Shown here piece by piece: positions 54,597 to 64,000 of a stretch of 64,000 nucleotides of DNA. The position numbers and the translations under genes were made by a program. Location: positions 6,152 through 70,151 of the forward strand of contig JAGQMP010000005.1 of the NCBI GenBank assembly GCA_020428585.1, given 5' to 3'. The notes below the pieces were generated by a model. It had not been told where the DNA came from, did not search any database, and saw nothing but the letters and a program-made list of their open reading frames with translations. Every line of letters starts with the position of its first letter. The first letter of the stretch is position 1. The stretch is from Patescibacteria group bacterium (GTDB lineage Bacteria; Patescibacteriota; Minisyncoccia; Phycocordibacterales; UBA1006).

Positions 54597-56405
54597 TTAT
54601 TCTAAAATTGCCTTAATTCTTCGAACACCTGCCGAAGACGATTCCTCTTTCGTAATCTTAAAGGTTCCAAATTTCGCGATCTCTGACAATTCGTTCACGT
54701 GGGGGCCGCCACACAATTCCCGGGAATAGATGTTCCCCGCTTTATCAGAAATGGTCCAGACCTTAACGGTGTCAGGATACTTTTCCCAAAAGGATCCAAC
54801 GACGTCGCTGTTTTTTGCCTCGTCTTTATCCATCATCTGTACGCCCATTTTTGCATTCGTCGCGATCGCGTCGTTCACGTAGGCTTCGACTTTGTCGAGC
54901 GCCTCTCGTTCTACTTTCTCTCCATAGGTGAAATCAAAACGACTGCGTTCTTCGGTGATGTTTGATCCCTTTTGGTGAACATCAGGACCAAGTTCCTTGC
55001 GGAGTCCTGCTAACATTAAATGGGTCGCGGTATGGAGGGCGCGAATTTTTTCAGTGTCTTTTTCAAGACCACCTTTGAATTTTTGTTCAGCACCTTTTCG
55101 TGACAAAGCCTGGTGTTCCTCACGTAGACGTTCGCAATCTTTGATTGCTTCCTCAGAAATCGTAATACCAAACTGCGCGGCGAGTTTCTGTGAAATCGCC
55201 AGTGGTAGACCATGCGTCTGTTCGAGATCCATAAGAAACTGTCCGGTAATCGTCGCCCGTGGATCATCTTTGATTTTTTTAAAGATCGCGACCCCTCGCT
55301 TGATAATTTTGATGATTTTGTCCATTTCGGTCGCGACGATTTTTACTTTGATCGCAATTTGTTTTTCATTCACGTCTTTGAAATAGAGTTCACGATACAT
55401 ATCAATAACTATATGAATCAGTTGGGGTACAATTTTTTCAGAACATCCCATTGATTCAAGCGAATGGTAGGCACGGCGAAGAATACGGCGCAGCACATAT
55501 CCGCGACCGGTGTTTGAAATCACCACCCCGTCATTGATCAAAAAGACTGCCGTTTTAATATGGTCCGCGACAATGCGAGCATCGGTATCATTGTAGGTGC
55601 TGGCGTGTTCTTTGATCATCTCGATGAGAGGACGGTAGAGATCAGTATCAAAGATATTCGTCGTTCCCTGCATCACCGCGGTGACTCGTTCGAGACCTGC
55701 CCCGGTGTCGACGTTCTTTTTAGGGAGTTCACCGACAACCTCGCCACCCTCTTGGCGGTAGGCCATAAACACATCGTTCCAGATCTCGACGAGCTTTTGT
55801 TCTTCGTCGGCTTGTTCGAATCCTTCGGGTGAGAGATCACCCAAAGTACCCGTCAAATCATAAAACATTTCGGTTGAAGGACCCGCGGGCGAATTCGGGC
55901 CTGCGGTCCACCAGTTGTCTTTGGAATCACGGTAATAGATGCGATGTTCAGGGATAAATTGTTTCCAGATAGCAACGGCCTCGTCATCACGCGGGACCGC
56001 ATCGTTACCGGCAAATACGGTCACGTACAGACGATTCGGATCAAGGCCAAGGCCTTCGTCATGACTGGTTAAAAATTCCCATGACCAGGCAATGGCGTCT
56101 TCTTTGAAATAGTCCCCCAGCGACCAATTTCCGAGCATCTCGAAAAAAGTTGCGTGGGTATTATCTCCGACTTCTTCGAGGTCACCGGTTCTCACGCATT
56201 TTTGCGAACTAGCGAGGCGTGAACCTTCGGGGTGAGTTTCCCCCATAAGAAAAGGCACCAGGGGTTGCATTCCCGCGGTATTAAACAAAGTCGCGTTCGT
56301 CGCCTTGGGATCATCAGTCGTGATCAATGATGCTGATGGCAAAATCGCGTGCCCACGCTTTTCAAAAAAAGCTAAAAACCTGCTTCTAATCTCGGATGAA
56401 GTCAT
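54597..56405 (-). CDS. alaS: Alanyl-tRNA synthetase, short form (catalytic + tRNA-recognition + editing domains; no C-Ala domain)
   Basis: N-terminal RFLAFFEKRGH...LFNTAGMQP...FEMLGNWSLGDYFK. Editing-site HTATHLM...CGGPH. Confidence 0.85.
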   Translation of the reverse strand: MTSSEIRSRFLAFFEKRGHAILPSASLITTDDPKATNATLFNTAGMQPLVPFLMGETHPEGSRLASSQKCVRTGDLEEVGDNTHATFFEMLGNWSLGDYFKEDAIAWSWEFLTSHDEGLGLDPNRLYVTVFAGNDAVPRDDEAVAIWKQFIPEHRIYYRDSKDNWWTAGPNSPAGPSTEMFYDLTGTLGDLSPEGFEQADEEQKLVEIWNDVFMAYRQEGGEVVGELPKKNVDTGAGLERVTAVMQGTTNIFDTDLYRPLIEMIKEHASTYNDTDARIVADHIKTAVFLINDGVVISNTGRGYVLRRILRRAYHSLESMGCSEKIVPQLIHIVIDMYRELYFKDVNEKQIAIKVKIVATEMDKIIKIIKRGVAIFKKIKDDPRATITGQFLMDLEQTHGLPLAISQKLAAQFGITISEEAIKDCERLREEHQALSRKGAEQKFKGGLEKDTEKIRALHTATHLMLAGLRKELGPDVHQKGSNITEERSRFDFTYGEKVEREALDKVEAYVNDAIATNAKMGVQMMDKDEAKNSDVVGSFWEKYPDTVKVWTISDKAGNIYSRELCGGPHVNELSEIAKFGTFKITKEESSSAGVRRIKAILE

Positions 56406-56446
56406 ATCACCAAGTATAAGAGAACTTCTTTAAAAATAAAGCCCTC

Positions 56447-57085
56447 TTAGGAGGGAAAGGCAAGCATCGCCCCCATTCCAACCGTAAAGAGCCATGAACC
56501 GTAGAGTGCGTGTTCAACGGAAACCAGTACGGTCGATTTGGTATCGAGGTAGGTAAAGGCAAAAAAGACACCACCCATAAAGGTCAGTACGAGAACCAGT
56601 GGACTTCTAAGGATGATATGACACAAGGAAAAGAGCGCTGCATTAACGAGGATTAGATGGTAATCATTACGAAAGAGATCACGATATCGATCAAAGAAGA
56701 AAGTCCGGTAAACTAATTCTTGAGGGAACACCGAAAGAAAACTGTAGATAAGAACCATCAGAAACCAGAACCAGGGTTGTTCGGTGGGTACCGTCAAAAG
56801 AAGGCTTGGATCGGTGGTGGTCACATACCAGGTACTAAGACCGACGACCCCAGCAAATAAGAGTCCGAGTCGGTACCAAAAAGCATGATTCTGAGGAACC
56901 GCAAATACTGATCGTATGCTGATATGAGGACTGCGCACCAAGAGGACAAGGACATACAAAAATCCGAAGACTGCGAAGCCAACCCTTAACCACATGGGCA
57001 CAGGGAGGATAAGAAAGATCGGCAAGAAAACAAATAATAAACAAAGCTCAATGACTCTGGCCTGATGAGAAGCTGGGGTACGCAT
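56447..57085 (-). CDS. CPBP-family (CAAX protease-like) intramembrane metalloprotease
   Basis: Motifs PQELVYRTFFF, FSLCH, VEHALYG within a multi-TM protein. Confidence 0.65.
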   Translation of the reverse strand: MRTPASHQARVIELCLLFVFLPIFLILPVPMWLRVGFAVFGFLYVLVLLVRSPHISIRSVFAVPQNHAFWYRLGLLFAGVVGLSTWYVTTTDPSLLLTVPTEQPWFWFLMVLIYSFLSVFPQELVYRTFFFDRYRDLFRNDYHLILVNAALFSLCHIILRSPLVLVLTFMGGVFFAFTYLDTKSTVLVSVEHALYGSWLFTVGMGAMLAFPS

Positions 57086-57132
57086 GATGCCTATTATAGT
57101 ACCTCTGATTCCCTTCTCAAATGGAAACGACC

Positions 57133-57600
57133 TTATGAGAGATCGCCAAAGTCATCACCTTCGTCGATACGTTTTCCAAATACTTTCTTCAACCAATTTT
57201 CAAAATTCCACATCAAGGTAAAAGTTATCATGACCAAAACCGTCACGGTGATAGCCGCTGGGTAGAGGCCAAAACCAACCGCCGTACCAATAGCGGCCGA
57301 CAACCATACGCCGGCAGCCGTCGTAAGGTTTGAAATATGATCACCACGAAAGACGATCATACCAGCACCCAAAAATCCAATACCGGTCACAATGGTTGAT
57401 GCCACACGAAGGGGATCAATCTCGTAGCCATAGGTCGCGATCACCTGTTCGGAAATAATAATGAACAACGCCGCGCCAAGAGACACCAGGCCAAGGGTCC
57501 GAATACCCGCCTTTTTACCTGCGTGAACTCGTTCAATACCAAGGAGCGCTCCCAAGACTAGCGCCATCACCAGGCGTACAATAATATCGTATTCTGTCAT
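57133..57600 (-). CDS. mgtC: MgtC/SapB-family membrane protein
   Basis: RLVMALVLGALLGIERVHAGKKAGIRT...GFLGAGMI. Confidence 0.8.
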   Translation of the reverse strand: MTEYDIIVRLVMALVLGALLGIERVHAGKKAGIRTLGLVSLGAALFIIISEQVIATYGYEIDPLRVASTIVTGIGFLGAGMIVFRGDHISNLTTAAGVWLSAAIGTAVGFGLYPAAITVTVLVMITFTLMWNFENWLKKVFGKRIDEGDDFGDLS

Positions 57601-57630
57601 AGGACCAGTATACCACGACCCTAGGTCTTT

Positions 57631-58752
57631 CTAATCAACGATACCACCGCCAAGACAGATAGTTCCATCATAGAACACGATAGACTGACCAGCGGCAATC
57701 GTAGGATCGGCTTCATCCAAACAAAGGGTTCCTGTGCCAGCCGTTCGATCATAGGTATCAAGAACGGCGGACCTTACCTTGCCGCGGTAACGAACCTGGA
57801 TGTGAAGCTCGCAGCCAGAACTGAGGATACCTTGATTATCAACGATTGATATCAATTGAATCTTTTGATCAGCGTTACCCTCAACCAGAGGATTATCAGA
57901 TACCGTAATAGTGTTGTTTTTCAAGTCTTTAGCAACCACATATCGTGGCTGATCATCGGTTCCTTTGTGACTTTCATCAATCATAAATCCATGCCGTTCA
58001 CCGATCGTATAGAAGAGCGCACCCTTATGTGAACCGATGGTGTTTCCATCAGTATCAAGCACGTCACCTGGTGTTTCGTCGATATAATGAGCAAGAAATT
58101 CTTTCATATCAATATCACCAATGAAGCAAATTCCTTGAGAATCTTTTTTCGTTGCGGTCGGCAATTGGTACTTTTTTGCGAGCTTTCTCACATCCGCCTT
58201 TGACATTGAACCAACCGGAAACAGAATATGCTGTAATTGTTCCTGTTCCAAAGTCCACAGGAAATAGGACTGATCTTTTTGCGCATCGTTCCCTCGTAGC
58301 ATCGTCACGGTACCATCACCATTAAGCGTCCGGTCAACATAGTGTCCGGTGGCGACATAATCAGCACCATGATCAAGCGCCCATTTCAAAAATCCACCCT
58401 TGGCCGACGACTCGTCAGACCGGGCGAGGCCGAATTTTACTTCGCGGTTACACATGACATCAGGATTTGGAGTGCGTCCCGCGCGATATTCACGAATCAT
58501 GTAGTCAACGACGCCTTCCTTGTATTCCTTTTCAAGATCCAGTTCAATAAAAGGAACATCGAGGTGTGCGCAAACGCGCATCGCATCCCGACGTTCATCG
58601 CGCCAGGTGCATAGGGTCCAATCAGGCTGCCAGGTACGGATAAAAACCCCAACGACGTCGTAGCCTTGGTCTTTCAAGAGCGCGAGAGATACTGACGAAT
58701 CAACGCCACCCGACACCCCCACGAATACCTTTTTTCCTGTTTGTTTACTCAT
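57631..58752 (-). CDS. mnmA: tRNA-specific 2-thiouridylase MnmA
   Basis: PP-loop VFVGVSGGVDSSVS. Catalytic cysteines. Full-length similarity. Confidence 0.9.
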   Translation of the reverse strand: MSKQTGKKVFVGVSGGVDSSVSLALLKDQGYDVVGVFIRTWQPDWTLCTWRDERRDAMRVCAHLDVPFIELDLEKEYKEGVVDYMIREYRAGRTPNPDVMCNREVKFGLARSDESSAKGGFLKWALDHGADYVATGHYVDRTLNGDGTVTMLRGNDAQKDQSYFLWTLEQEQLQHILFPVGSMSKADVRKLAKKYQLPTATKKDSQGICFIGDIDMKEFLAHYIDETPGDVLDTDGNTIGSHKGALFYTIGERHGFMIDESHKGTDDQPRYVVAKDLKNNTITVSDNPLVEGNADQKIQLISIVDNQGILSSGCELHIQVRYRGKVRSAVLDTYDRTAGTGTLCLDEADPTIAAGQSIVFYDGTICLGGGIVD

Positions 58753-58798
58753 ACAAGTAATAACCCCATCCTAACGAAAGGATGGGGTTCGTAAAGTC

Positions 58799-59494
58799 TT
58801 AGGCGACTTTGACTTTTTTCAGGTAGGCATGCAAGTGCCACCTTAGCCGATCTTCAAGCCTCTCGCCTGGCATATTCAGGAAAGAGGTATCGAGGATAAT
58901 AGGATTTTGCTCCTCAATAACCCTGATAAAAGGATTGTCGATTTGGAACACCTTGTGTCTTTTTTCAGACAAAGATAGGCAAAGGCCCTGGTACTGACTA
59001 TCGGCACGATCATATCTAAAGAAAAGATCGACACCAGTGTCTTCCAGTTCCGGATGGCATTCAACTGAAAACGGCAACCACTCATGTTCTGTGTATAGAA
59101 CATTTTGGGTAACGGCTATCAATTTATCCATCACGAAGTGTTTTTTAGAAAAATAATCCTTCAATTCACTTCGTAAGAGGTTCTTAAACAAGGTAATCTG
59201 ATTAAGATTTGGAACTTCAACACTAAGAGTGTGATGGTCCCAAGAAAACCTCGATGAGGATCCCACAAAGACTTTCACGTCTTTGTGAATTCCGATGCGA
59301 TCAAGTGACAAGCGGATAAGGACTTCTTTTTCGTTGCTTTCCAAGATTTCTGGAGTCACGAATAACGTCCTCATCGCACTAAGGGCATGGCCTTCAAGTG
59401 GATTGACCTTAATCAATTCACCGTTCACAGGTAACCCCATCAGGTGAGATTGTCTCCGTGCCTTTCTCTGACGTTTCTTTTGATGTGGATGCAT
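58799..59494 (-). CDS. Hypothetical protein
   Basis: 231-aa ORF with basic N-terminus. No motif recognised. Confidence 0.4.
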   Translation of the reverse strand: MHPHQKKRQRKARRQSHLMGLPVNGELIKVNPLEGHALSAMRTLFVTPEILESNEKEVLIRLSLDRIGIHKDVKVFVGSSSRFSWDHHTLSVEVPNLNQITLFKNLLRSELKDYFSKKHFVMDKLIAVTQNVLYTEHEWLPFSVECHPELEDTGVDLFFRYDRADSQYQGLCLSLSEKRHKVFQIDNPFIRVIEEQNPIILDTSFLNMPGERLEDRLRWHLHAYLKKVKVA

Positions 59495-59554
59495 GGCGTA
59501 TATAGTTTTTATGTTTTGTATTATAATATCATTATAATATAATAAGTCAATATA

Positions 59555-60010
59555 CTATCCTAACATCTCAATAACGCGTTCCAGCATGACAATTCTATTA
59601 TCAAGGAGCTTTGCCTTCGCCTCATCCAAGGTAAACCATCCGTCAGCCTTTAATTCGGTCCGTTGGCGTTTAACCTTGGTGTTCTTTACGGTACCGACAA
59701 AATAGAGGACCTTTTTGATAATATCGGTCCCCTTTTTCTTTGGGATACGGTACCGTTCGGTAAACATCGTATTTCCGAGAAGTTCAACATCAACGATGCC
59801 AGTTTCTTCTCCAAGCTCGCGCAGCGCCGTTTCGCGGTGCGTCTCGTTGCCGTCTTTATGCCCCTTGGGAAATCCCCAAAACCCTCCGTATCCTTGAACA
59901 AGAAGGAATAAGACCTTCCCGTCACTATTCACGTGTACCGGGATAACCCCGCAGGAAATTCGGTGACGCATGACTGACCGAAGTATACCAGGAGAGGGCC
60001 TCCCTAACAA
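59555..60010 (-). CDS. Nudix hydrolase
   Basis: Canonical Nudix box GHKDGNETHRETALRELGEETGI (G-x5-E-x7-REUxEExGU). Confidence 0.8.
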   Translation of the reverse strand: MLGRPSPGILRSVMRHRISCGVIPVHVNSDGKVLFLLVQGYGGFWGFPKGHKDGNETHRETALRELGEETGIVDVELLGNTMFTERYRIPKKKGTDIIKKVLYFVGTVKNTKVKRQRTELKADGWFTLDEAKAKLLDNRIVMLERVIEMLG

Positions 60011-60041
60011 AAAAACCCTAAGACCCTATCATAATTAGGGG

Positions 60042-60581
60042 TTAAAGGGCCACCAAGGCACGGTACACTTCGGCGGTAGCACGTGCATCAGCAAGTGCAG
60101 TATGGGCTCGATCGTTCGTAATACCAAAACGATCACAGAGCGCGCCAAGGCTGTATTTCCCCGCTGATGGATCCTGGTGTAATTTTGCAAAGGCAAACGA
60201 AATGGTATCAAGTTTCGCGTAATACATTTGATTTTCGACATTCGTCGTTGCAAAGGCCTTGGCGATAAAAGACCAATCAAAGGCTGCATTATGCGCAACA
60301 AAGATACAATCTTTGGTTTTTTCGGCGAACACCTTCATTGCCTGCATCAAATCCATAGCAAAGAGCCATTCAGCCTCGTTATAGCCGTTCACCGATAAAG
60401 CTTCGGGATCAGCTGCTTCGAGATGCTCGGGCTTTACCTTCAAATCAAATTCGTCAATGACCTCACCTGGTATCCCGTCATTCTGTGCAACAATAACACA
60501 ACCAATCTCGATGATTTCTTGGGTTTCGACATTAAATCCGGTGGTCTCGATATCTATAAATGCTAGATTTTTGTTTTTCAT
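60042..60581 (-). CDS. DEDDh 3-prime to 5-prime exonuclease (DNA polymerase III epsilon-like)
   Basis: Exo I FIDIETTG. Exo II VAHNAAFDWSF. Exo III HTALADARATAEV. Confidence 0.8.
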   Translation of the reverse strand: MKNKNLAFIDIETTGFNVETQEIIEIGCVIVAQNDGIPGEVIDEFDLKVKPEHLEAADPEALSVNGYNEAEWLFAMDLMQAMKVFAEKTKDCIFVAHNAAFDWSFIAKAFATTNVENQMYYAKLDTISFAFAKLHQDPSAGKYSLGALCDRFGITNDRAHTALADARATAEVYRALVAL

Positions 60582-60598
60582 ATAATAGGTCGATATAC

Positions 60599-61579
60599 TT
60601 AGAGGTAGCGTTGTTTATTCCTGACGTGATCGTCATGCGTTACTCCGTAATGTACGTTCCCACTACTATCATGGAGGTAGAAAAAGTAAAGCGATGGTGT
60701 TGGTTTTAGAGCCGCCTCGAGCGTGGCAATACCAGGATTCCCGATCGGGGTTGGGGTTAGACCGAGGCGTGTATAGGTATTGTAGGGTCCATCAGCCCGA
60801 AGATCAGTGGTGGTGAGGTCAGCACTCCCCTTTCCAAAGATATAAAGAAATGGTGCATCAACCTGTAACGCGATTCCACGATCAAGTCGTTTCCATAAAA
60901 TCCCAGCAATCGTCCGTTGTTCTTCTGGATTGCGACCTGATTCTTTTTCAAGGAGCGAAGCCATAATAACGATATCATCCCAGGATCGATCACCTACTGA
61001 TCCAACTAGTTCTTTTGTTTTATTCGTAAAGGTCTCTTCAAGAATCTCTATAACCTCTTCCTCATCGGTTCCCGGTAAAAAACGATAAGTGTCGGGAAAG
61101 AGGTATCCTTCCTTTCCTTCAGCCAGTTCGAGAAAAGTTGTTTCGTCCAGATTCAAATCACTTTTGGCGAGGATTGCTGCGATCTGACGATTGGTCGAAC
61201 CCTCGGGGATGGTGACTGATACATAGACATCACCATAGTCGCCCGCATCAAGACGTGACAAAACCCTGCCCGTCGTCGAAGACACGCTAAAGGCGTACAC
61301 CCCGGCCTTGGCTTCGGTGCCAATCAAGCGACCCTGTACCCTCAAAAAACCTGCTGACCGAATAACCCCGGCATCTTTGAGAATTTCTGAAATAGCCCTG
61401 AGCGACGCACCTTCAGGAATCATAACCTGTATTTCAGGATCAAACGAAGGAGTCTTTGCCAAGTAAGAGAACATAAGAGCGCCAAAAAATGCAACTACCA
61501 ATATGACAGCTGAAACGATAGGGACAACCCGTCGCATAAATCGATGCGCCGGTGATAAGGGTAAAGGCAATGGTTCCAT
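60599..61579 (-). CDS. mltG: Endolytic murein transglycosylase MltG (YceG-like)
   Basis: N-terminal TM. YLFPDTYRF motif. LLEKESG. Confidence 0.8.
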   Translation of the reverse strand: MEPLPLPLSPAHRFMRRVVPIVSAVILVVAFFGALMFSYLAKTPSFDPEIQVMIPEGASLRAISEILKDAGVIRSAGFLRVQGRLIGTEAKAGVYAFSVSSTTGRVLSRLDAGDYGDVYVSVTIPEGSTNRQIAAILAKSDLNLDETTFLELAEGKEGYLFPDTYRFLPGTDEEEVIEILEETFTNKTKELVGSVGDRSWDDIVIMASLLEKESGRNPEEQRTIAGILWKRLDRGIALQVDAPFLYIFGKGSADLTTTDLRADGPYNTYTRLGLTPTPIGNPGIATLEAALKPTPSLYFFYLHDSSGNVHYGVTHDDHVRNKQRYL

Positions 61580-61582
61580 AAA

Positions 61583-62800
61583 CTATACCGGGAGGTTGGT
61601 TGGCGCCTCTGATTTGGTTGCTTCGATACGCTCGAGGGTAACAGTCTCGGATACGCGGCCTGGGATGTGGAAGAGGGTCGCGAGTTCTTCAGACGTCAGA
61701 ACCATTGGTTTTTTTCTCTTGAACCATAAGAAATTTAGATACTTGCTGAAGGAATCTTCAAAACCAGCACGTTCGACATAATCGTTGAAAAATCGCTTTT
61801 TCACGGCAAGATCACGCATGCCGGTAATGTCTTCCCACACCCAATCAACACCAACATCAGTATCCTTTCTGATACTGTTCCAATAATTAAAGGCTTTAAA
61901 CACCGGGTTTTTGAAGAATCCAACCACACCAGGATTCTCATTTTCATTTCGGGCGATGTAGATGGCTCGAATAAAGACCTCAAAACCAAGCTTCTTCAAG
62001 CTGCGTTGAATCGCTTTGATTTCTTCTTGGTCTCCATGGGTAAGTTTCAGCGGTGCCACGGGATTTTCTTCATCAATTGATCCGCTGGCAGACGCCATAA
62101 TTTCTTTGATGCGTTCTTTAGCATCCTTTCGCCACGCACTAAAAGGATCAGCGCGAACTACGAATTGCAACCAAATCTGCTCGCCGGCACGAATGGTACC
62201 AAAAAACTCGAGAATCGAAGTAATCGGATCGATTTTTTGTTCTTCCTCGAGTGAACCAACCGATTTATCAAGACCATAATCAACGTAGGTTTTGATCGGC
62301 AGGTAGTCAGCCTCGGCAAGTTTAAAGTCAGCCCCATACAAAGCCCAGCGATCATGGTGCAGGTTGTAATCAGGAACGTATTTGGTGTAATCGTCGACTT
62401 GGTTTACCTCGGCATTGGGATACTGCGAATAGATCGCTGAAGTAACGAGGTCAGCCAACTTGTCAGTCGTCCGGATGAAAAAGTAAATTGATCCTTCAAT
62501 CGATGCGATCTCGAGCGATGACCAGTGAAGGACCGCCCCATTCCAAAATCGGTGACGCCAATCCATCGCGCCGCCTCCCATATGGTGCAAGACATCAATG
62601 ACAATCTCCATGGCTTCGGGTGATTTGAAAACGTCTTTGGGAATGTTGATATTCAACATAACGTACTTCATTTTGTTCGCCAGGTACCAGTTTCGACGAT
62701 ATCCTTGATACATATGAAAGAACGCGATCCCAAGAAGAATTGGCAACCAGACGAAAGTGCTGGCGCTAATGAATGAACCTATAGCCGAGAGAATCTGCAT
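61583..62800 (-). CDS. Hypothetical membrane-anchored protein
   Basis: N-terminal TM. 405 aa. No motif recognised. Confidence 0.45.
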   Translation of the reverse strand: MQILSAIGSFISASTFVWLPILLGIAFFHMYQGYRRNWYLANKMKYVMLNINIPKDVFKSPEAMEIVIDVLHHMGGGAMDWRHRFWNGAVLHWSSLEIASIEGSIYFFIRTTDKLADLVTSAIYSQYPNAEVNQVDDYTKYVPDYNLHHDRWALYGADFKLAEADYLPIKTYVDYGLDKSVGSLEEEQKIDPITSILEFFGTIRAGEQIWLQFVVRADPFSAWRKDAKERIKEIMASASGSIDEENPVAPLKLTHGDQEEIKAIQRSLKKLGFEVFIRAIYIARNENENPGVVGFFKNPVFKAFNYWNSIRKDTDVGVDWVWEDITGMRDLAVKKRFFNDYVERAGFEDSFSKYLNFLWFKRKKPMVLTSEELATLFHIPGRVSETVTLERIEATKSEAPTNLPV

Positions 62801-62833
62801 AGATCAAGTGTACCACCGATAAAACAACAAAAA

Positions 62834-62863
62834 AACCGTTGGGGGTGCCCCGAACGGTTTTTA
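62834..62863 (-). terminator. Intrinsic terminator aaccgtt-gggggtgccccg-aacggtt + U-run
   Basis: Read directly from the sequence. Confidence 0.65.
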
Positions 62864-63940
62864 TTAAGCAGCAGATTTCTTTGCTGACTCGCGTGCTTCC
62901 TTGGTGAGAACGTATCGTCCTTCATCATCTCGGCCAAAGTACTCTTTGTTCGAAAGATTCACAAGGATCGTATTTTCTTTGAGATAGCGTTCTTTGAGAA
63001 CCGCCTCAATGATTTCGTCCTTGGTCAATGGACCCCGTTCAAAGATCAAGTCACGAATGACATCTTTGACGACACCGGTACGGTAACCCCATTCCTGAAG
63101 ACCGTACATACCTCGCCCCACGAGGACAAATCGATCATCTTTGATCAATTCATTGTGGGTCGTTGCTGGGTGAGCCTTCTTGCCAAAGGTGTCGGCAATC
63201 GCTTCGGCCACTTCACGGAAGTGCATCGGTGAACCGTTCTTTTTCATAATCAAGTACGCGTAATCGCGAATACCACGAACCGATACGTTCTGTGATGCGG
63301 TCAATCCCCAGTCACCAAGTGGGTTTCGATCGACAACCTTCGAAAGGTTTAAAAATTGCCGCGCGATATCACCATCAACGTATCCATCCTCAACGCCGTC
63401 GAGGCGGTCGAGAAATTTCAAGATCATTTGCTCTTCAGAGAGAAGTTCATCCTCGGTCACGTGGCCGTGGAGTTTTTCAAGCGCTGAATGCACTTTCTTT
63501 GAGAGGTCACCATTCACCGACCAACGGGCCTTAAAGGTCTTGTCTTCTTTGTGCTTCTTAAAGTTATCACCCACTACCAGATGAAAGTGAATATGATTCT
63601 GAATCAATTCGTCATCGTGAATGGTCTCGAGAAGTTCGTCTTCAGACACAATGCCGCCAAGGTCATGGATCACTTGTTCAATCTCTGCAAAGATTTCTTT
63701 AGCTTCATCGTAACTGTCAGATTTGCGAATGGCCTTCAAGGCTGCATCCTGAATCTGTCGAACGCGTTCTCGGGTAATATCGTATTCTTGTCCGATCGAC
63801 TCGAGAGTTTTCTTCTTTGGTTCTTCGAGGCCGAATCGACTCTCAAGAACATATCGATCACGATCCTTGAGACCGCGAAGGAGCTTTTTTGATGATTGCT
63901 GCGGCTTGAAGCTGAGCTTGATCTTTCGTGTTTTCTTCAT
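62864..63940 (-). CDS. Protein with N-terminal sigma-70 region-4 HTH followed by a C-terminal winged-helix-like (HARE-HTH-like) region
   Basis: DRYVLESRFGLEEPKKKTLESIGQEYDITRERVRQIQDAALKAIRK matches sigma-70 region 4.2. Confidence 0.55.
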   Translation of the reverse strand: MKKTRKIKLSFKPQQSSKKLLRGLKDRDRYVLESRFGLEEPKKKTLESIGQEYDITRERVRQIQDAALKAIRKSDSYDEAKEIFAEIEQVIHDLGGIVSEDELLETIHDDELIQNHIHFHLVVGDNFKKHKEDKTFKARWSVNGDLSKKVHSALEKLHGHVTEDELLSEEQMILKFLDRLDGVEDGYVDGDIARQFLNLSKVVDRNPLGDWGLTASQNVSVRGIRDYAYLIMKKNGSPMHFREVAEAIADTFGKKAHPATTHNELIKDDRFVLVGRGMYGLQEWGYRTGVVKDVIRDLIFERGPLTKDEIIEAVLKERYLKENTILVNLSNKEYFGRDDEGRYVLTKEARESAKKSAA

Positions 63941-64000
63941 AATGAATAATTGCTAACAAATAAATAAGGTATGCACGTAGCCGTATATACGATTGTTACG

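Noticed and set aside
1-64000. CRISPR arrays, rRNA operons, transposases or integrases
   Set aside because: No short direct-repeat/spacer periodicity, no rRNA-like conserved blocks, and no ORF with DDE, tyrosine- or serine-recombinase motifs was seen. The only repeats are the palindromes and the dnaB/dnaK 3-prime element described above.

Overview
This 64 kb window looks like a small-genome, host-associated bacterium, probably Patescibacteria/CPR; that placement is inference from the sequence-visible features, not a database result. The gene content supporting it: dense short genes mostly on the minus strand, a short alanyl-tRNA synthetase lacking the C-terminal C-Ala domain, a ribosomal protein S4 without its zinc ribbon, a cysteine-free L36, lamin-tail-domain surface proteins, a type-IV-secretion coupling-protein-like ATPase, and almost no biosynthetic genes. 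Standard genetic code: the large ORFs are intact under normal stop codons. Recognisable core genes are tsaC, ychF, dnaB, recR, rplU, leuS, pyrG, a short rel, parB, tRNA-Leu(CAA), cysS, dnaJ, dnaK, grpE, rpsI, rplM, rplQ, rpoA, rpsD, rpsK, rpsM, rpmJ, infA, alaS, mnmA and mltG. There are also two ECF-type sigma factors, a protein carrying sigma-70 region 4, and about 20 hypothetical, membrane or secreted proteins. The most unusual locus is a co-directional minus-strand cluster at 3965-14459. It encodes a 1272-aa protein with a beta-rich N-terminus, a long coiled coil and a MoxR-like AAA+ ATPase domain. That gene is translationally coupled to a 1041-aa protein combining a transglutaminase-like Cys-His-Asp core with a C-terminal von Willebrand A domain. 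These are followed by a soluble TraD/VirD4-like ATPase with a ~260-aa disordered tail and a secreted protein with two lamin-tail domains. Other notable points: a Nudix-like domain inserted at the entrance of the leucyl-tRNA synthetase editing domain; a ~85-100 nt element repeated immediately downstream of dnaB and dnaK; perfect 28-42 bp palindromes sharing an ATTCG(TA/AT)CGAAT core, flanking an ArsR-family regulator and lying upstream of leuS; a 120-bp nested inverted repeat overlapping the rpsI stop codon; a small basic ORF with its own promoter and terminator upstream of dnaB; and several low-GC islands. No CRISPR array, rRNA, transposase or integrase was seen.
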